Positions 17,963 through 26,750 of a stretch of 64,000 nucleotides of DNA are shown here, one piece after another. Position 1 is the stretch's first letter. Each line of letters begins with the position of its first letter. A program made the translations under genes and the position numbers. Source of the DNA: an uncultured archaeon (GTDB lineage: Archaea; Halobacteriota; Archaeoglobi; Archaeoglobales; Archaeoglobaceae); NCBI GenBank assembly GCA_964622075.1, contig CAZUMR010000062.1:6886-70885 (forward strand), in the 5' to 3' direction. A model generated the notes under the pieces. The model was not told the origin of the DNA. It did no database searches and saw only the letters and a program-made list of their open reading frames with translations.

Positions 17963-18922
17963 ATGGTTGTGTTCGACGACATAGGAAGTTTCCCTTTGCC
18001 AGAGGGTGTTGACAGAAAGTGGGTGGAGAACAACTACAGAACTCCGGAGTATTCTGAAATGGTGAGAAAGACGTTTTTAATGAAAGCCTCGGTAGTCGAA
18101 TGCCCGAACTATCCCCAGTTCAGGGATATGGTGAGGCAGTTCATGGACATAATAAAAAATCCAGAATTTCAGGATGACGCTTACCTTGTTTCTGAAAAGT
18201 ATGCAGTGATAGAAGAGGTGAAGGCTATAGCAGACATGAACTATCCCGACCCAGTGAGAGTTTGCGTCACAGGTCCTTTTGAGCTGTATTACAGGGAGTT
18301 CGGGCCCGTAATATATGAGGATGTTCTCTCCAACATAGCAAGGAGTGTGGCAAGGTTTGCGGAAAATGCTATTGAGATGCTTGATGATGTCTGCTCTGTA
18401 AGCTTTGACGAGCCAAGTCTCGGACTGAATCCTGAGCTACAACCAACTGAAGAGCAGATAGAGCTTGCCTACGAACCGATGAAGTTCAGTGTTGACGTTC
18501 AGATTCACCTGCATTCTCCCCTTTACTATCAGAAACTGCTGAATGCGAAAAACGTGGACGTTTTTGGAATTGAAGCGGCAAAAGATGAGAAAGCTGCAGA
18601 TATAGTGGATGTGGAGGAGGTTGAATCGGCTGGAAAGAGGTTGAGAATAGGTATAGCGAGAACAGACATCGACTCTATAATAGCCGAATTCAATCAGAGG
18701 CATGGGGTAAATGCATGGAAGGATGAGGAGCTGGCAGTAAAAGCAATAGACGAGATAGAGAGCGTTGAAGTTATAAAGCGCAGGTACGAAAGAGCAGTGG
18801 AGAAGTTTGGGGATTTGCTTGCCTACACTGGCCCGGATTGCGGTCTGTTCAGCTTTCCGGGTCAGAAGTGTGCAATGAAGCTGCTGGAAAATGTGGCGAG
18901 GGCGATAGGAAAGTACGAATAG
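17963..18922 (+). CDS. MetE-like (cobalamin-independent methionine synthase II-like) protein
   Basis: IGSFPLP near the N-terminus and TGPDCGL near the C-terminus resemble short archaeal MetE. GGAGAGGTGA Shine-Dalgarno before the ATG at 17963. Confidence 0.45.
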   Translation: MVVFDDIGSFPLPEGVDRKWVENNYRTPEYSEMVRKTFLMKASVVECPNYPQFRDMVRQFMDIIKNPEFQDDAYLVSEKYAVIEEVKAIADMNYPDPVRVCVTGPFELYYREFGPVIYEDVLSNIARSVARFAENAIEMLDDVCSVSFDEPSLGLNPELQPTEEQIELAYEPMKFSVDVQIHLHSPLYYQKLLNAKNVDVFGIEAAKDEKAADIVDVEEVESAGKRLRIGIARTDIDSIIAEFNQRHGVNAWKDEELAVKAIDEIESVEVIKRRYERAVEKFGDLLAYTGPDCGLFSFPGQKCAMKLLENVARAIGKYE

Positions 18923-19000
18923 AGATGCCGGTAAAGCTGGTAAAGCTAAAAAGATGGAAAGTTGGAAAAGCGGGAAAGCTGGGGAGGTGAACGAATAGCC

Positions 19001-19663
19001 GTGAGCTCGGATGTCAGTTACTTCTTTACTTGTCTTGCAACTCTGTTCGCGATAATCGACCCGATAGGCAACATACCCTTCTTCATCGCCCTGACTGAGG
19101 ATCTCACGGATGAGCTCAGAGAGAGGGTTTCAAAGAGAGCCACGATAATAGCGGCAGCTCTGCTTGTAATCATAGCACTTACGGGTGGAGCCATTCTGAA
19201 GTTCTTTGGTGTCTCGGTTGACGGACTGAGGATAGCTGGTGGAGTTCTGCTTTTCATGGTCGCAATAGACATGCTGAAGGGCAGTCCTGCAAGCGAGAAG
19301 TACTTTGAAAAGGGAATGCAGCACAAGGACGTTGACAGTCTGGCTGTTTTTCCAATAGCCCTTCCAATTTACTCCGGGCCGGGAGCGATAACAGCTGCGA
19401 TAGTGCTTGCATCTGAGGCAAAAGATCCTGTTAAGATGGGGCTTTTAATTCTGAGCATAATCCTGATTTACATAATCGTCAGGCTGACCCACATATTCAG
19501 CGAGGAGATAACAAGAATTCTTGGCAGAAGTGGAGCGGACATATTTGCAAGGGTAATGGCAATTTTCCTTGCAGGAATAGCTGCCGAGTACATAATTCAG
19601 GGAATATTTGGAAAGCTACACTCTTTCCTCGCTTCAATGAAAGCTCAAGGATTGCTGAAGTGA
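19001..19663 (+). CDS. MarC/UPF0056 family membrane protein
   Basis: IDPIGNIPFF motif and 6 TM helices. GTG at 19001 is preceded by GGGGAGGTGA. Confidence 0.75.
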   Translation: MSSDVSYFFTCLATLFAIIDPIGNIPFFIALTEDLTDELRERVSKRATIIAAALLVIIALTGGAILKFFGVSVDGLRIAGGVLLFMVAIDMLKGSPASEKYFEKGMQHKDVDSLAVFPIALPIYSGPGAITAAIVLASEAKDPVKMGLLILSIILIYIIVRLTHIFSEEITRILGRSGADIFARVMAIFLAGIAAEYIIQGIFGKLHSFLASMKAQGLLK

Positions 19664-19667
19664 GAGA

Positions 19668-20156
19668 TTGCTGAAGTCACTGATGTGGTGGTGTGAATTG
19701 AAAAGAGTGAAAAGCGAACTTTGCGTTGGCGGAGTTGCTGTGGAAGACGGGAAAGTACTTCTGGTCAGGAGAGCTCACAGACCGGCTGCAGGTTACTGGT
19801 CCATTCCCGGCGGGAGAGTTGAAAACGGAGAAACTCTGGAAGAGGCTGTTAAAAGAGAGATGCTCGAGGAGTGCGGTGTTGAGGTTGAGGTTGGAGATGT
19901 AGTTTGCGTTGCAGAAGTAATCAGGGATGAAAAGCACTACGTGATCGTTGACTTTTACGTCAAACTGTCTGGAAACGTTGAGGCAGGTGGAGACGCTGTT
20001 GAAGCGAGATGGTTTGATATGGAAGAGGCAAGCAGAAGGGAGGATGTCGTTGATAGTGCGAGGGAACTGCTCAGAATCATGCTGGAATGCAGGGATGGCA
20101 AATGTAGAGATGGTGGAGGTAAAAAGTGCCCATACATAAAGGAGTTCTATGAGTAA
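19668..20156 (+). CDS. NUDIX hydrolase
   Basis: Nudix box GGRVENGETLEEAVKREMLEECGVEV. The start is uncertain (TTG 19668 or ATG 19683). Confidence 0.8.
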   Translation: MLKSLMWWCELKRVKSELCVGGVAVEDGKVLLVRRAHRPAAGYWSIPGGRVENGETLEEAVKREMLEECGVEVEVGDVVCVAEVIRDEKHYVIVDFYVKLSGNVEAGGDAVEARWFDMEEASRREDVVDSARELLRIMLECRDGKCRDGGGKKCPYIKEFYE

Positions 20157-20187
20157 ATAAAGTTATAAAATAAAATTTAAAAATCTC

Positions 20188-21507
20188 TCAGGATATCTCT
20201 TCAACTTTTTCTATCAGCATTTTCAGAATCTCCTCATCACTCAGCACACCATCTGGAGGATCAACGATTTTTCTCAGTTTCAGCGGTACTGCATCCATTC
20301 TGTAAGCAGAACCACCCGCTTCCACTCCGGCAACAGCTGACGGGATCAGTATGTTGGCGATGCTTGCAGTCAGACTCCAGAACGGATCGACAACTATGAG
20401 AGGTATCTTTTTCATGTAATCGACGGTTGCCTTTGGAAAGTGAGCAGCCGGATCTCCCCCAAGCACGAACATTGCATCGGCATCTCTCCTTGAAAGTATG
20501 CTGTTGGCATCAGTTTCTCCCGGATTGTACCATGGATACCCCTTTGTAAAATCTACAGCAAAAGGATACCCCGTCTCCCATGTGCACACTTCGTTGAAAC
20601 CCGTAACGTTGTAGTGCCCTCTCATGGGCATTATTCCAAACTTTGTGAACCTGTACAGGTCTTTTACAAGGCTTATTGCCTCGCTTATATTCCAGTAATT
20701 TCCGGCTGAGTGAGTGAGACCCATTCCAAAGAAAATTACTCCAAACTTACAGTTTTTCATCATTTCAGCAAGTTCCTTTAATTTCTCAACCTTCACTCCT
20801 CCAATTTCTCCGTTCTCGCTCCTGCATTCCCCTGTATTCACTATACTCCTGAGAGCGTTGAATATCTCGTAATCGCTACCCGGCTTTATCTGGATGAACA
20901 GATCTGCAAGTTTCGAACTCTCCGTGGGTCTGACATCGACAACCACTACTTTCCTGCCTATTCTGCTCTGTGCGAACCTTCCCCTCGTAAAGACTGAATA
21001 CCTTGACATGTGCCTTGGATGTGCATGCATGGGATTGCAGCCCCAGAATATCACGAGATCTGCCCTATTTTTTACCTCTCCAAGCGTGAATGACGGCACA
21101 CCCACCTCGTGAACGGCAAGTATTGTTGGTCCGTGACAGACGGATGATGTGCAATCTATCACTCCACCAACGATTTCAGCCAGCTCCACAGCCAGCTCCT
21201 GTGCCTCACATGTGGTTGAGGAAAATCCATAAAACAGGGGCTTTTTCGCCTTAACGAGTATTTCCGCTGATTTCTCTATTGCTTTTTCCAGATCAACTTC
21301 TTTTCCATCTATTTGTGGTTTTAAAACTCTTCTGTGGTACCTTGCAAGAATCTTGGAAGTGCCAAGAACGCAGGCGTTCTCAACTCTTATCTCTTTTCCA
21401 TCAGTTTCCACCACAAGATCGTCGCACAGTGCACCGCAGAAAGGACAGACAAAGCCTGAAATTCTCCTGAACTCCTTCTCTATTTCAATCATCGACGCCA
21501 TCTTCAA
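20188..21507 (-). CDS. fwdB: formylmethanofuran dehydrogenase subunit B-like molybdopterin/tungstopterin oxidoreductase
   Basis: N-terminal Fe-S motif CPFCGALCDD...C. About 440 aa MopB-family body with SSVCHGP (Cys, not Sec). Confidence 0.7.
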   Translation of the reverse strand: MKMASMIEIEKEFRRISGFVCPFCGALCDDLVVETDGKEIRVENACVLGTSKILARYHRRVLKPQIDGKEVDLEKAIEKSAEILVKAKKPLFYGFSSTTCEAQELAVELAEIVGGVIDCTSSVCHGPTILAVHEVGVPSFTLGEVKNRADLVIFWGCNPMHAHPRHMSRYSVFTRGRFAQSRIGRKVVVVDVRPTESSKLADLFIQIKPGSDYEIFNALRSIVNTGECRSENGEIGGVKVEKLKELAEMMKNCKFGVIFFGMGLTHSAGNYWNISEAISLVKDLYRFTKFGIMPMRGHYNVTGFNEVCTWETGYPFAVDFTKGYPWYNPGETDANSILSRRDADAMFVLGGDPAAHFPKATVDYMKKIPLIVVDPFWSLTASIANILIPSAVAGVEAGGSAYRMDAVPLKLRKIVDPPDGVLSDEEILKMLIEKVEEIS

Positions 21508-21576
21508 CCCCCGGAATCAATTCTGTAAGGATTTATCGTGATTAAAATCTTTCGATCATTCTGGATTTTAAACCTG

Positions 21577-22299
21577 TCAGACGTGTGCTCTTATGGTTAC
21601 TGTCCCCTCAAGCGCCCTTATCAGCTCTTCGAGCATTTTTTCGTGCAGTGAGTCTCCTTTCTCGAAAACTATTGCCTTTCTGCTGCAGAACTCAGCACAC
21701 ATCCCACATCCGACACACAGCTCCGGCTTGACTATGATCTTTCCCCTGACAACGTTTATTGCAAGACCCTTGGACATTGTCCTGCAAACAGCAACGCAAT
21801 CCCCACAGCCAGAGCAAAGTCTCTCATCTATTCCCATTGCTATTGCAGACAGACTGTAGTCTGCATTTGGCTGGTAGAACTCATCAAGGCTGAGAGTCTT
21901 TACGTTCGAGAAGTGTCTCAGAGATGAAAGCACTCTTGACAGGTAGTACGGCTGAACACCCAGAAATACTGCGAGATCGCACCTCCTGAGAGGTCTCCAG
22001 TTACCGTCTTCTATGAACTGTATTATGTGATGCAGTGTAAAGCTTTTCGTCAGAGGATCAACCCCTTTTTCTATCAGGGGTTTTGAAGAAGCTCCCGTGG
22101 CTATGACTGGCATGAACTCGCTCAGCCTGACGGCATAATCGACAAGGTACTCCTTTTCAAGTAACAACCCACCCGTTACCAGGACAGCTCTTGATGACAG
22201 GATAATATCTGCTGCTTCTGCTGGAGTTACGCACACAGCCCTCTCGCACTGCAGCTCTGAAGGCTTGTAACTTCGGGGAATGAATATCCAGCGTCTCAC
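21577..22299 (-). CDS. CdhB-like (ACDS epsilon / DHS-like fold) domain fused to a 2x[4Fe-4S] ferredoxin domain
   Basis: The N-terminal 170 aa resemble the CO dehydrogenase epsilon subunit pattern (PVIATGAS...DLAVFLGVQPYY...YQPNADYS). C-terminal CSGCGDCVAVC and CVGCGMCAEFC. Confidence 0.4.
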   Translation of the reverse strand: MRRWIFIPRSYKPSELQCERAVCVTPAEAADIILSSRAVLVTGGLLLEKEYLVDYAVRLSEFMPVIATGASSKPLIEKGVDPLTKSFTLHHIIQFIEDGNWRPLRRCDLAVFLGVQPYYLSRVLSSLRHFSNVKTLSLDEFYQPNADYSLSAIAMGIDERLCSGCGDCVAVCRTMSKGLAINVVRGKIIVKPELCVGCGMCAEFCSRKAIVFEKGDSLHEKMLEELIRALEGTVTIRAHV

Positions 22300-22378
22300 T
22301 CTTTCACGAACATTAGTGACAGTTTTTAAGGATTTCTGTGTGGAATTCGAAGTAAAAAGGTAGATTTAAATGTAAAGT

Positions 22379-23053
22379 TCACAAAAATCTGGAGGCGAAA
22401 GTTTCTCCCTCGCTCTCGCAAACGTCTCTGTAAATGCAGCCCTCACATTTTTTTCCTTGCTCCTTTTTCTCTGGTAGAAAACCTCTCCTCAGCTTTTCCA
22501 CCCTTTCCATACACCTAAGAACAGTTCTTTTATCTTTTTGAGTAATCTCAACCTTTCTGAGCTTTCCCGATTTGCAGTAGTAAACGTATCCTCCTTTGAA
22601 AGACGTCAGTATGGAGAATGCAGCCAGTTTTATTCTGTCAGAGTACCATACACCTTCCTCTGGAGCTCTGGACGACAGAATTAGGGCTCTCCTTTCACCA
22701 TCGAACACTATCTCGTCAAGTCTTCCGGAGAGTTTCAGATCTTCCCTCCTTAAATCAACGTCAAGTTCCAGACTTCTGAGCTTTGAAAGCTCACCTGAAT
22801 ATGTAAACGAAGACAAGGCTGAATTAAAGACATCCTCGTTTTCCTCTCCGTAAAGCGTTAGAAACTTCGATTTTGCCCAGTTTTTCCAGTCTTTCTTTCC
22901 GCTCCTGACACTGAAGTACAGTTCTCTGAAGGCACTCATTTCCGTAACTCTTTCAGAACTGTCATGTTTACTTTCAAGCATATCAAAATAACAGTATCTC
23001 TGGCAAAATAATAGGGAGGAGATGTCGCTGACTCTGATGTACTCACTCCTCAA
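22379..23053 (-). CDS. Cas4/DUF83-like PD-(D/E)XK Fe-S nuclease (stand-alone)
   Basis: N-terminal Cys (FCQRYC) plus C-terminal [10 protein letters not shown], the Cas4-type 4-Cys arrangement. The TTG start overlaps the upstream gene end by 11 nt. Confidence 0.6.
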   Translation of the reverse strand: MRSEYIRVSDISSLLFCQRYCYFDMLESKHDSSERVTEMSAFRELYFSVRSGKKDWKNWAKSKFLTLYGEENEDVFNSALSSFTYSGELSKLRSLELDVDLRREDLKLSGRLDEIVFDGERRALILSSRAPEEGVWYSDRIKLAAFSILTSFKGGYVYYCKSGKLRKVEITQKDKRTVLRCMERVEKLRRGFLPEKKEQGKKCEGCIYRDVCESEGETFASRFL

Positions 23054-23384
23054 GCTCCTTTACCTCCAGAACTTCAAGAGGCACCTTCCTTAACCTTCTG
23101 CCAATCTCGTACTTCGCTATTCTTGCAGCGTGCTCTTCGCTCTCAGCGTTGAAGACTTTCATCTCAAATACAAGTCCAACAAGTGCAAGCCCGGCAACCA
23201 TAAACGCACTCTTGAGCGTTTCGCCGCACCTCGGGCATTCAACGTACCCCACATCTATTTCCACAAAATCGAGATCGGGATTCAGTCTTTTACCCGCTTC
23301 AGCAACAGCTATGTTCATGGCATCCTCAACACTTCTGGCATTCCTGACTATCCACGCTCCCTGAAGTACGACGAGGTAGTTCAT
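23043..23384 (-). CDS. UPF0212/DUF555 family protein
   Basis: 113 aa. The conserved archaeal pattern [16 protein letters not shown]...CPRCGE...FEMKVF..ES.EHA.RIAK. GGAGGTGA Shine-Dalgarno and TATA upstream. Confidence 0.55.
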   Translation of the reverse strand: MNYLVVLQGAWIVRNARSVEDAMNIAVAEAGKRLNPDLDFVEIDVGYVECPRCGETLKSAFMVAGLALVGLVFEMKVFNAESEEHAARIAKYEIGRRLRKVPLEVLEVKELEE

Positions 23385-23470
23385 ACGCTCACCTCCAGAA
23401 TAGACAACTATTTTTTAACTCTTTTTCAAATTCTCTATGATTTCCTCGAACGTCTAAAATGAATTCCAGT

Positions 23471-25168
23471 TTAAATTCCAAACATTTTCCTGAGCAAACT
23501 CTTCTTCGCGCCACTCCTATCCTCTCGTGTTTCAGGCACGTCAACTTCTTTTAAACTTTTTCTTTCAGATTCGATTTCCCTCTTTCCTGTTTCCATTTCA
23601 GACCTCACAACCTCGGATTCCTCTGCTCTCTCTTCCACCCTAATCGTTTTCCTTTTCTCTTTACCCTTCTTCTCGCTCCTTTCAGGAAGTGGGAAGATCT
23701 TTTTCTCCTTTCTAACTCTGTTTACGACACTGACAGCACTTCCACCGTGCTTGCTCCTTCTAACTCTTACCTCTACGATAATCGGTTTTTCAAGTTCCGG
23801 ACTTACTATCATTGCAGTTCCCGGAGGTAATCTCCTTATCTCATCAACCATTTCGGCTGTAAGGCCTTCCACGCCCTTCTTTACGGCGTTTATGTCGTTG
23901 GGGTTTGTTACCCTCAGTATTATCTGGGTGTTGCACTGGCTTATCACGTTTTTATCAACCCTTGCAGGCCTCTGGCTTATCACCATCAAACCAAGGCCAA
24001 ATTTCCTGCCCTCACTCGCTATCGTTCTGAGTACCTGAGTTGAAACGGCCTTTCCAAATCCCCTTTCCGGTATGAAGTTGTGGGCCTCCTCTATGACTAT
24101 CATCCCTGCCGGCACTTCTTCAAGCTTTCTCAGCTCGAAAAGTCTTGAGCAAATTCTTGAAACTATGAGATCCTGATGCTCGGGAGGTGTGCCCCTCATG
24201 TCAAGAACTACTGCCCTGTTTTTCTGCAGAAGAACCTGCATAGGTGTTGGATTCTCATCAAAAAGCCCGGCTTCAGCAATTTTTTCAAGACTTCCCAAAA
24301 CAGTCCACTTCGCATTGTGCTTTATCTTTTCGACTTCATCCATTATATCCTCTATCGTGTAATCTCCTCTCTTTTTCAGATTCTTTATTGCCTGATAGAG
24401 CAATGCCTGAGAGGAATTTCCGGTCAAACCTGTCAGCTCTATCAGCTCCTCCGCAGAAAGATTTCTTCCATCAAGTCTGAGAACGCCATCCGCAACGTCT
24501 GCGAATGGGGAGTTTGGAGGAACGTAAACTGTAACGTTTTCGTAACCTTTTGGCTTAACACCAAAGTACTTCATCCTCTCTTTATCGAATTCATCATCAT
24601 TTGGAAATTTCAGAGAAGAGTACTCCCCATGGGGGTCGATTATCAGAAGAGGAACTCCCCTTTCAAGCAACTCCTCTACAATAACACCCGCAGTATAGCT
24701 CTTACCGCTTCCGGTTTTTGCAAGTATGCAGCAGTGTTTCTGGACGAGTGAGTTTATGTCAAGCCTGACCTTTATCTTCGTGTCCTGCAAATAACCAACG
24801 TAAGCACCATCTCTCCTCAAACCAAGTACTTCCGAGATTAAATCCTCCTCCGCCTTAAACACGTTCTCTCCCGGAACAAAAGGTGTTTTGGGAACTCTAA
24901 GCAAACCGTCATCATCTCTCCTGCCAATAACAACTGCCTTGGCAACGTAAAGCTCTTTTCCAGCCTCCCTTCCCTCCAGAACGTCCTCTCCTCTGAGGTC
25001 TGCAGTCGCCTTTACCTCCGTTACCTGTGCCACAACCCATCCTTCGACGTCGTTCCAGACCTTGATGTAGTCCGTTCTCCTTACCTCTCTTGGATCGAAT
25101 ATCACAAAGCTGAACTCGGTCGATGTAGCTTCTCCGTATATCCTGCCCACCGCACCTTTCGTTTTCAT
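23471..25168 (-). CDS. HerA-like (DUF87) FtsK/HerA-superfamily ATPase with K/E-rich C-terminal tail
   Basis: Walker A AKTGSGKS, Walker B-like MIVIEEAH, HAS-barrel-like N-terminus, and an ~85-aa charged tail. Confidence 0.8.
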   Translation of the reverse strand: MKTKGAVGRIYGEATSTEFSFVIFDPREVRRTDYIKVWNDVEGWVVAQVTEVKATADLRGEDVLEGREAGKELYVAKAVVIGRRDDDGLLRVPKTPFVPGENVFKAEEDLISEVLGLRRDGAYVGYLQDTKIKVRLDINSLVQKHCCILAKTGSGKSYTAGVIVEELLERGVPLLIIDPHGEYSSLKFPNDDEFDKERMKYFGVKPKGYENVTVYVPPNSPFADVADGVLRLDGRNLSAEELIELTGLTGNSSQALLYQAIKNLKKRGDYTIEDIMDEVEKIKHNAKWTVLGSLEKIAEAGLFDENPTPMQVLLQKNRAVVLDMRGTPPEHQDLIVSRICSRLFELRKLEEVPAGMIVIEEAHNFIPERGFGKAVSTQVLRTIASEGRKFGLGLMVISQRPARVDKNVISQCNTQIILRVTNPNDINAVKKGVEGLTAEMVDEIRRLPPGTAMIVSPELEKPIIVEVRVRRSKHGGSAVSVVNRVRKEKKIFPLPERSEKKGKEKRKTIRVEERAEESEVVRSEMETGKREIESERKSLKEVDVPETREDRSGAKKSLLRKMFGI

Positions 25169-25390
25169 GTTACTTCCGGGAGTTGGATGAGCAAGTTAAT
25201 AAGTCTTCTCATCTATTTTCATATGATTTTCATGTTTTCCGGGATTGTAAGAACTGGCGAATATCACTTACTTGTGACGATAAGACAAAAAATAAGGCAA
25301 AAAAGACAAAAAAGTAAAATCCGAAAACAAAACACAGCAAAAATAACCTGAAGGCAAAAGTAAAAATGAAATCCTATAACGAGTTTTGCA

Positions 25391-25699
25391 TCAGGTTTTT
25401 ATCCTGTCCGGGTTAAAGCCCTTCTTCACAAGCAGCTCCTTAACTCTGTTGACGTGATTTCCCTGAAGTTCGATGGCACCGTTTTTCACAGTGCCACCGC
25501 AGGCAAGTTTCGACTTCAAAAACCGGGCAAGTTCTTCAAGGTTTATTTCCCCGCTATCGATCCCCTCTATAACCGTTACTTCCTTTCCGTACCTTCTCCT
25601 GTTAACCTTTATGACTATCTGCTGCTGCTCCTTTGCTACCTCCTCACAAACACAGAGGTCCTTTGGAAGTCCGCAAATCGGACATATGTCCAGACTCAT
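25391..25699 (-). CDS. translation initiation factor aIF1 / SUI1
   Basis: N-terminal zinc knuckle [14 protein letters not shown] plus the SUI1 fold sequence ([12 protein letters not shown]...KLACGGTVK). Confidence 0.9.
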   Translation of the reverse strand: MSLDICPICGLPKDLCVCEEVAKEQQQIVIKVNRRRYGKEVTVIEGIDSGEINLEELARFLKSKLACGGTVKNGAIELQGNHVNRVKELLVKKGFNPDRIKT

Positions 25700-25962
25700 C
25701 CTCTGGTATTACCCCCTTTTTTCGCTAATAAGCTTTCGGGAATTATTAAAGTTTCGGTGTTGTTATCTGTTGTACTCACTTCCTCTCCACCCACACACAA
25801 GCAACCTCTTTTCTGTTAGCTTCCAGTTTTTAGCCCGGTTATTTATATTTTAACTCTCTTCAGGCGTTTCTGATTTAAGCAAACTCTGAGAAAACCACAC
25901 TGGATGTATTAATTTAAACATAGTAAACGCAAACTTTTTAATTCAAATACTGAACTCGGGGC

Positions 25963-26727
25963 ATGACTGGAAACTCTGAGGTAAATGTTATGATGAGCAA
26001 AACCCCGGATGGGTTCTCACAAAATTCTGACAATAAGGAGCCTCTTATTAAGGTAACAGATCTCCGGAAGAAGTTTGGAAAATTTGAAGCTCTGAGAGGC
26101 CTTACATTTTCCGTTTACAATGAGATTTACGCTTTGCTCGGGAGAAACGGTGCTGGTAAGAGTACGACTCTGAAAATTCTCGTGGGTCTTTTGAGGGCGA
26201 GTGGTGGCAGGGCTGAAATTATGGGTGTGGATGTGAGTAACAGGGTGGAAACTCTGAAAAACGTGGGTTACGTTCCGGAAGATCCACTGCTGTTTCCAAA
26301 TCTGACTGCTGAGGAGGTGCTCAGATACTCTGCAAGTCTCAGAGGTCTGAAAGGTTACGAGGAGTGGATGTACTACCTTCTTGAGTCTTTTTCTCTGAAG
26401 GGAAGCAAGGTCGTTGGTGGAATGTCAAAGGGTATGATTCAGAAACTGTGTGTTTGCGTGGCTTTTCTTCACAGACCAAAGGTTCTGATAATGGATGAAC
26501 CAACAGCAAACATGGATCCAGAATCTCAGCACATCTTCAGGGAGCTCGTCAGGGAGACCGTTAAAGAGGGGGGCTGTGCCCTTATCTCCACCCACCAGCT
26601 TGAAGCTGTGGAGAAGTTCTGTAACAGGGCCGGAATAATATCTTCTGGAAGGATAGTGCTTGAAACAGAAGTCAGAGAGGGTCTGGAGGATGTATACCTC
26701 TCAGCCCTGAGAAAGGCTGAAGAATGA
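25963..26727 (+). CDS. ABC transporter ATP-binding protein
   Basis: Walker A GRNGAGKST, signature-like MSKGMIQKL, Walker B VLIMDEP. The start may be downstream (MMSKT). Confidence 0.85.
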   Translation: MTGNSEVNVMMSKTPDGFSQNSDNKEPLIKVTDLRKKFGKFEALRGLTFSVYNEIYALLGRNGAGKSTTLKILVGLLRASGGRAEIMGVDVSNRVETLKNVGYVPEDPLLFPNLTAEEVLRYSASLRGLKGYEEWMYYLLESFSLKGSKVVGGMSKGMIQKLCVCVAFLHRPKVLIMDEPTANMDPESQHIFRELVRETVKEGGCALISTHQLEAVEKFCNRAGIISSGRIVLETEVREGLEDVYLSALRKAEE

Positions 26728-26750
26728 TTGCGAATTGAAGGGGTGGTAAC

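Noticed and set aside
22379-23053. The Cas4-like gene as an indicator of a CRISPR-Cas locus
   Set aside because: No repeat-spacer array and no other cas gene are present anywhere in the 64-kb window. I treat it as a stand-alone DUF83 nuclease.
25223-25351. 42-codon Lys/Arg-rich ORF in the spacer between the HerA-like gene and the aIF1 gene
   Set aside because: The basic composition simply reflects the A-rich spacer (AAA/AGA codons). There is no ribosome-binding site.
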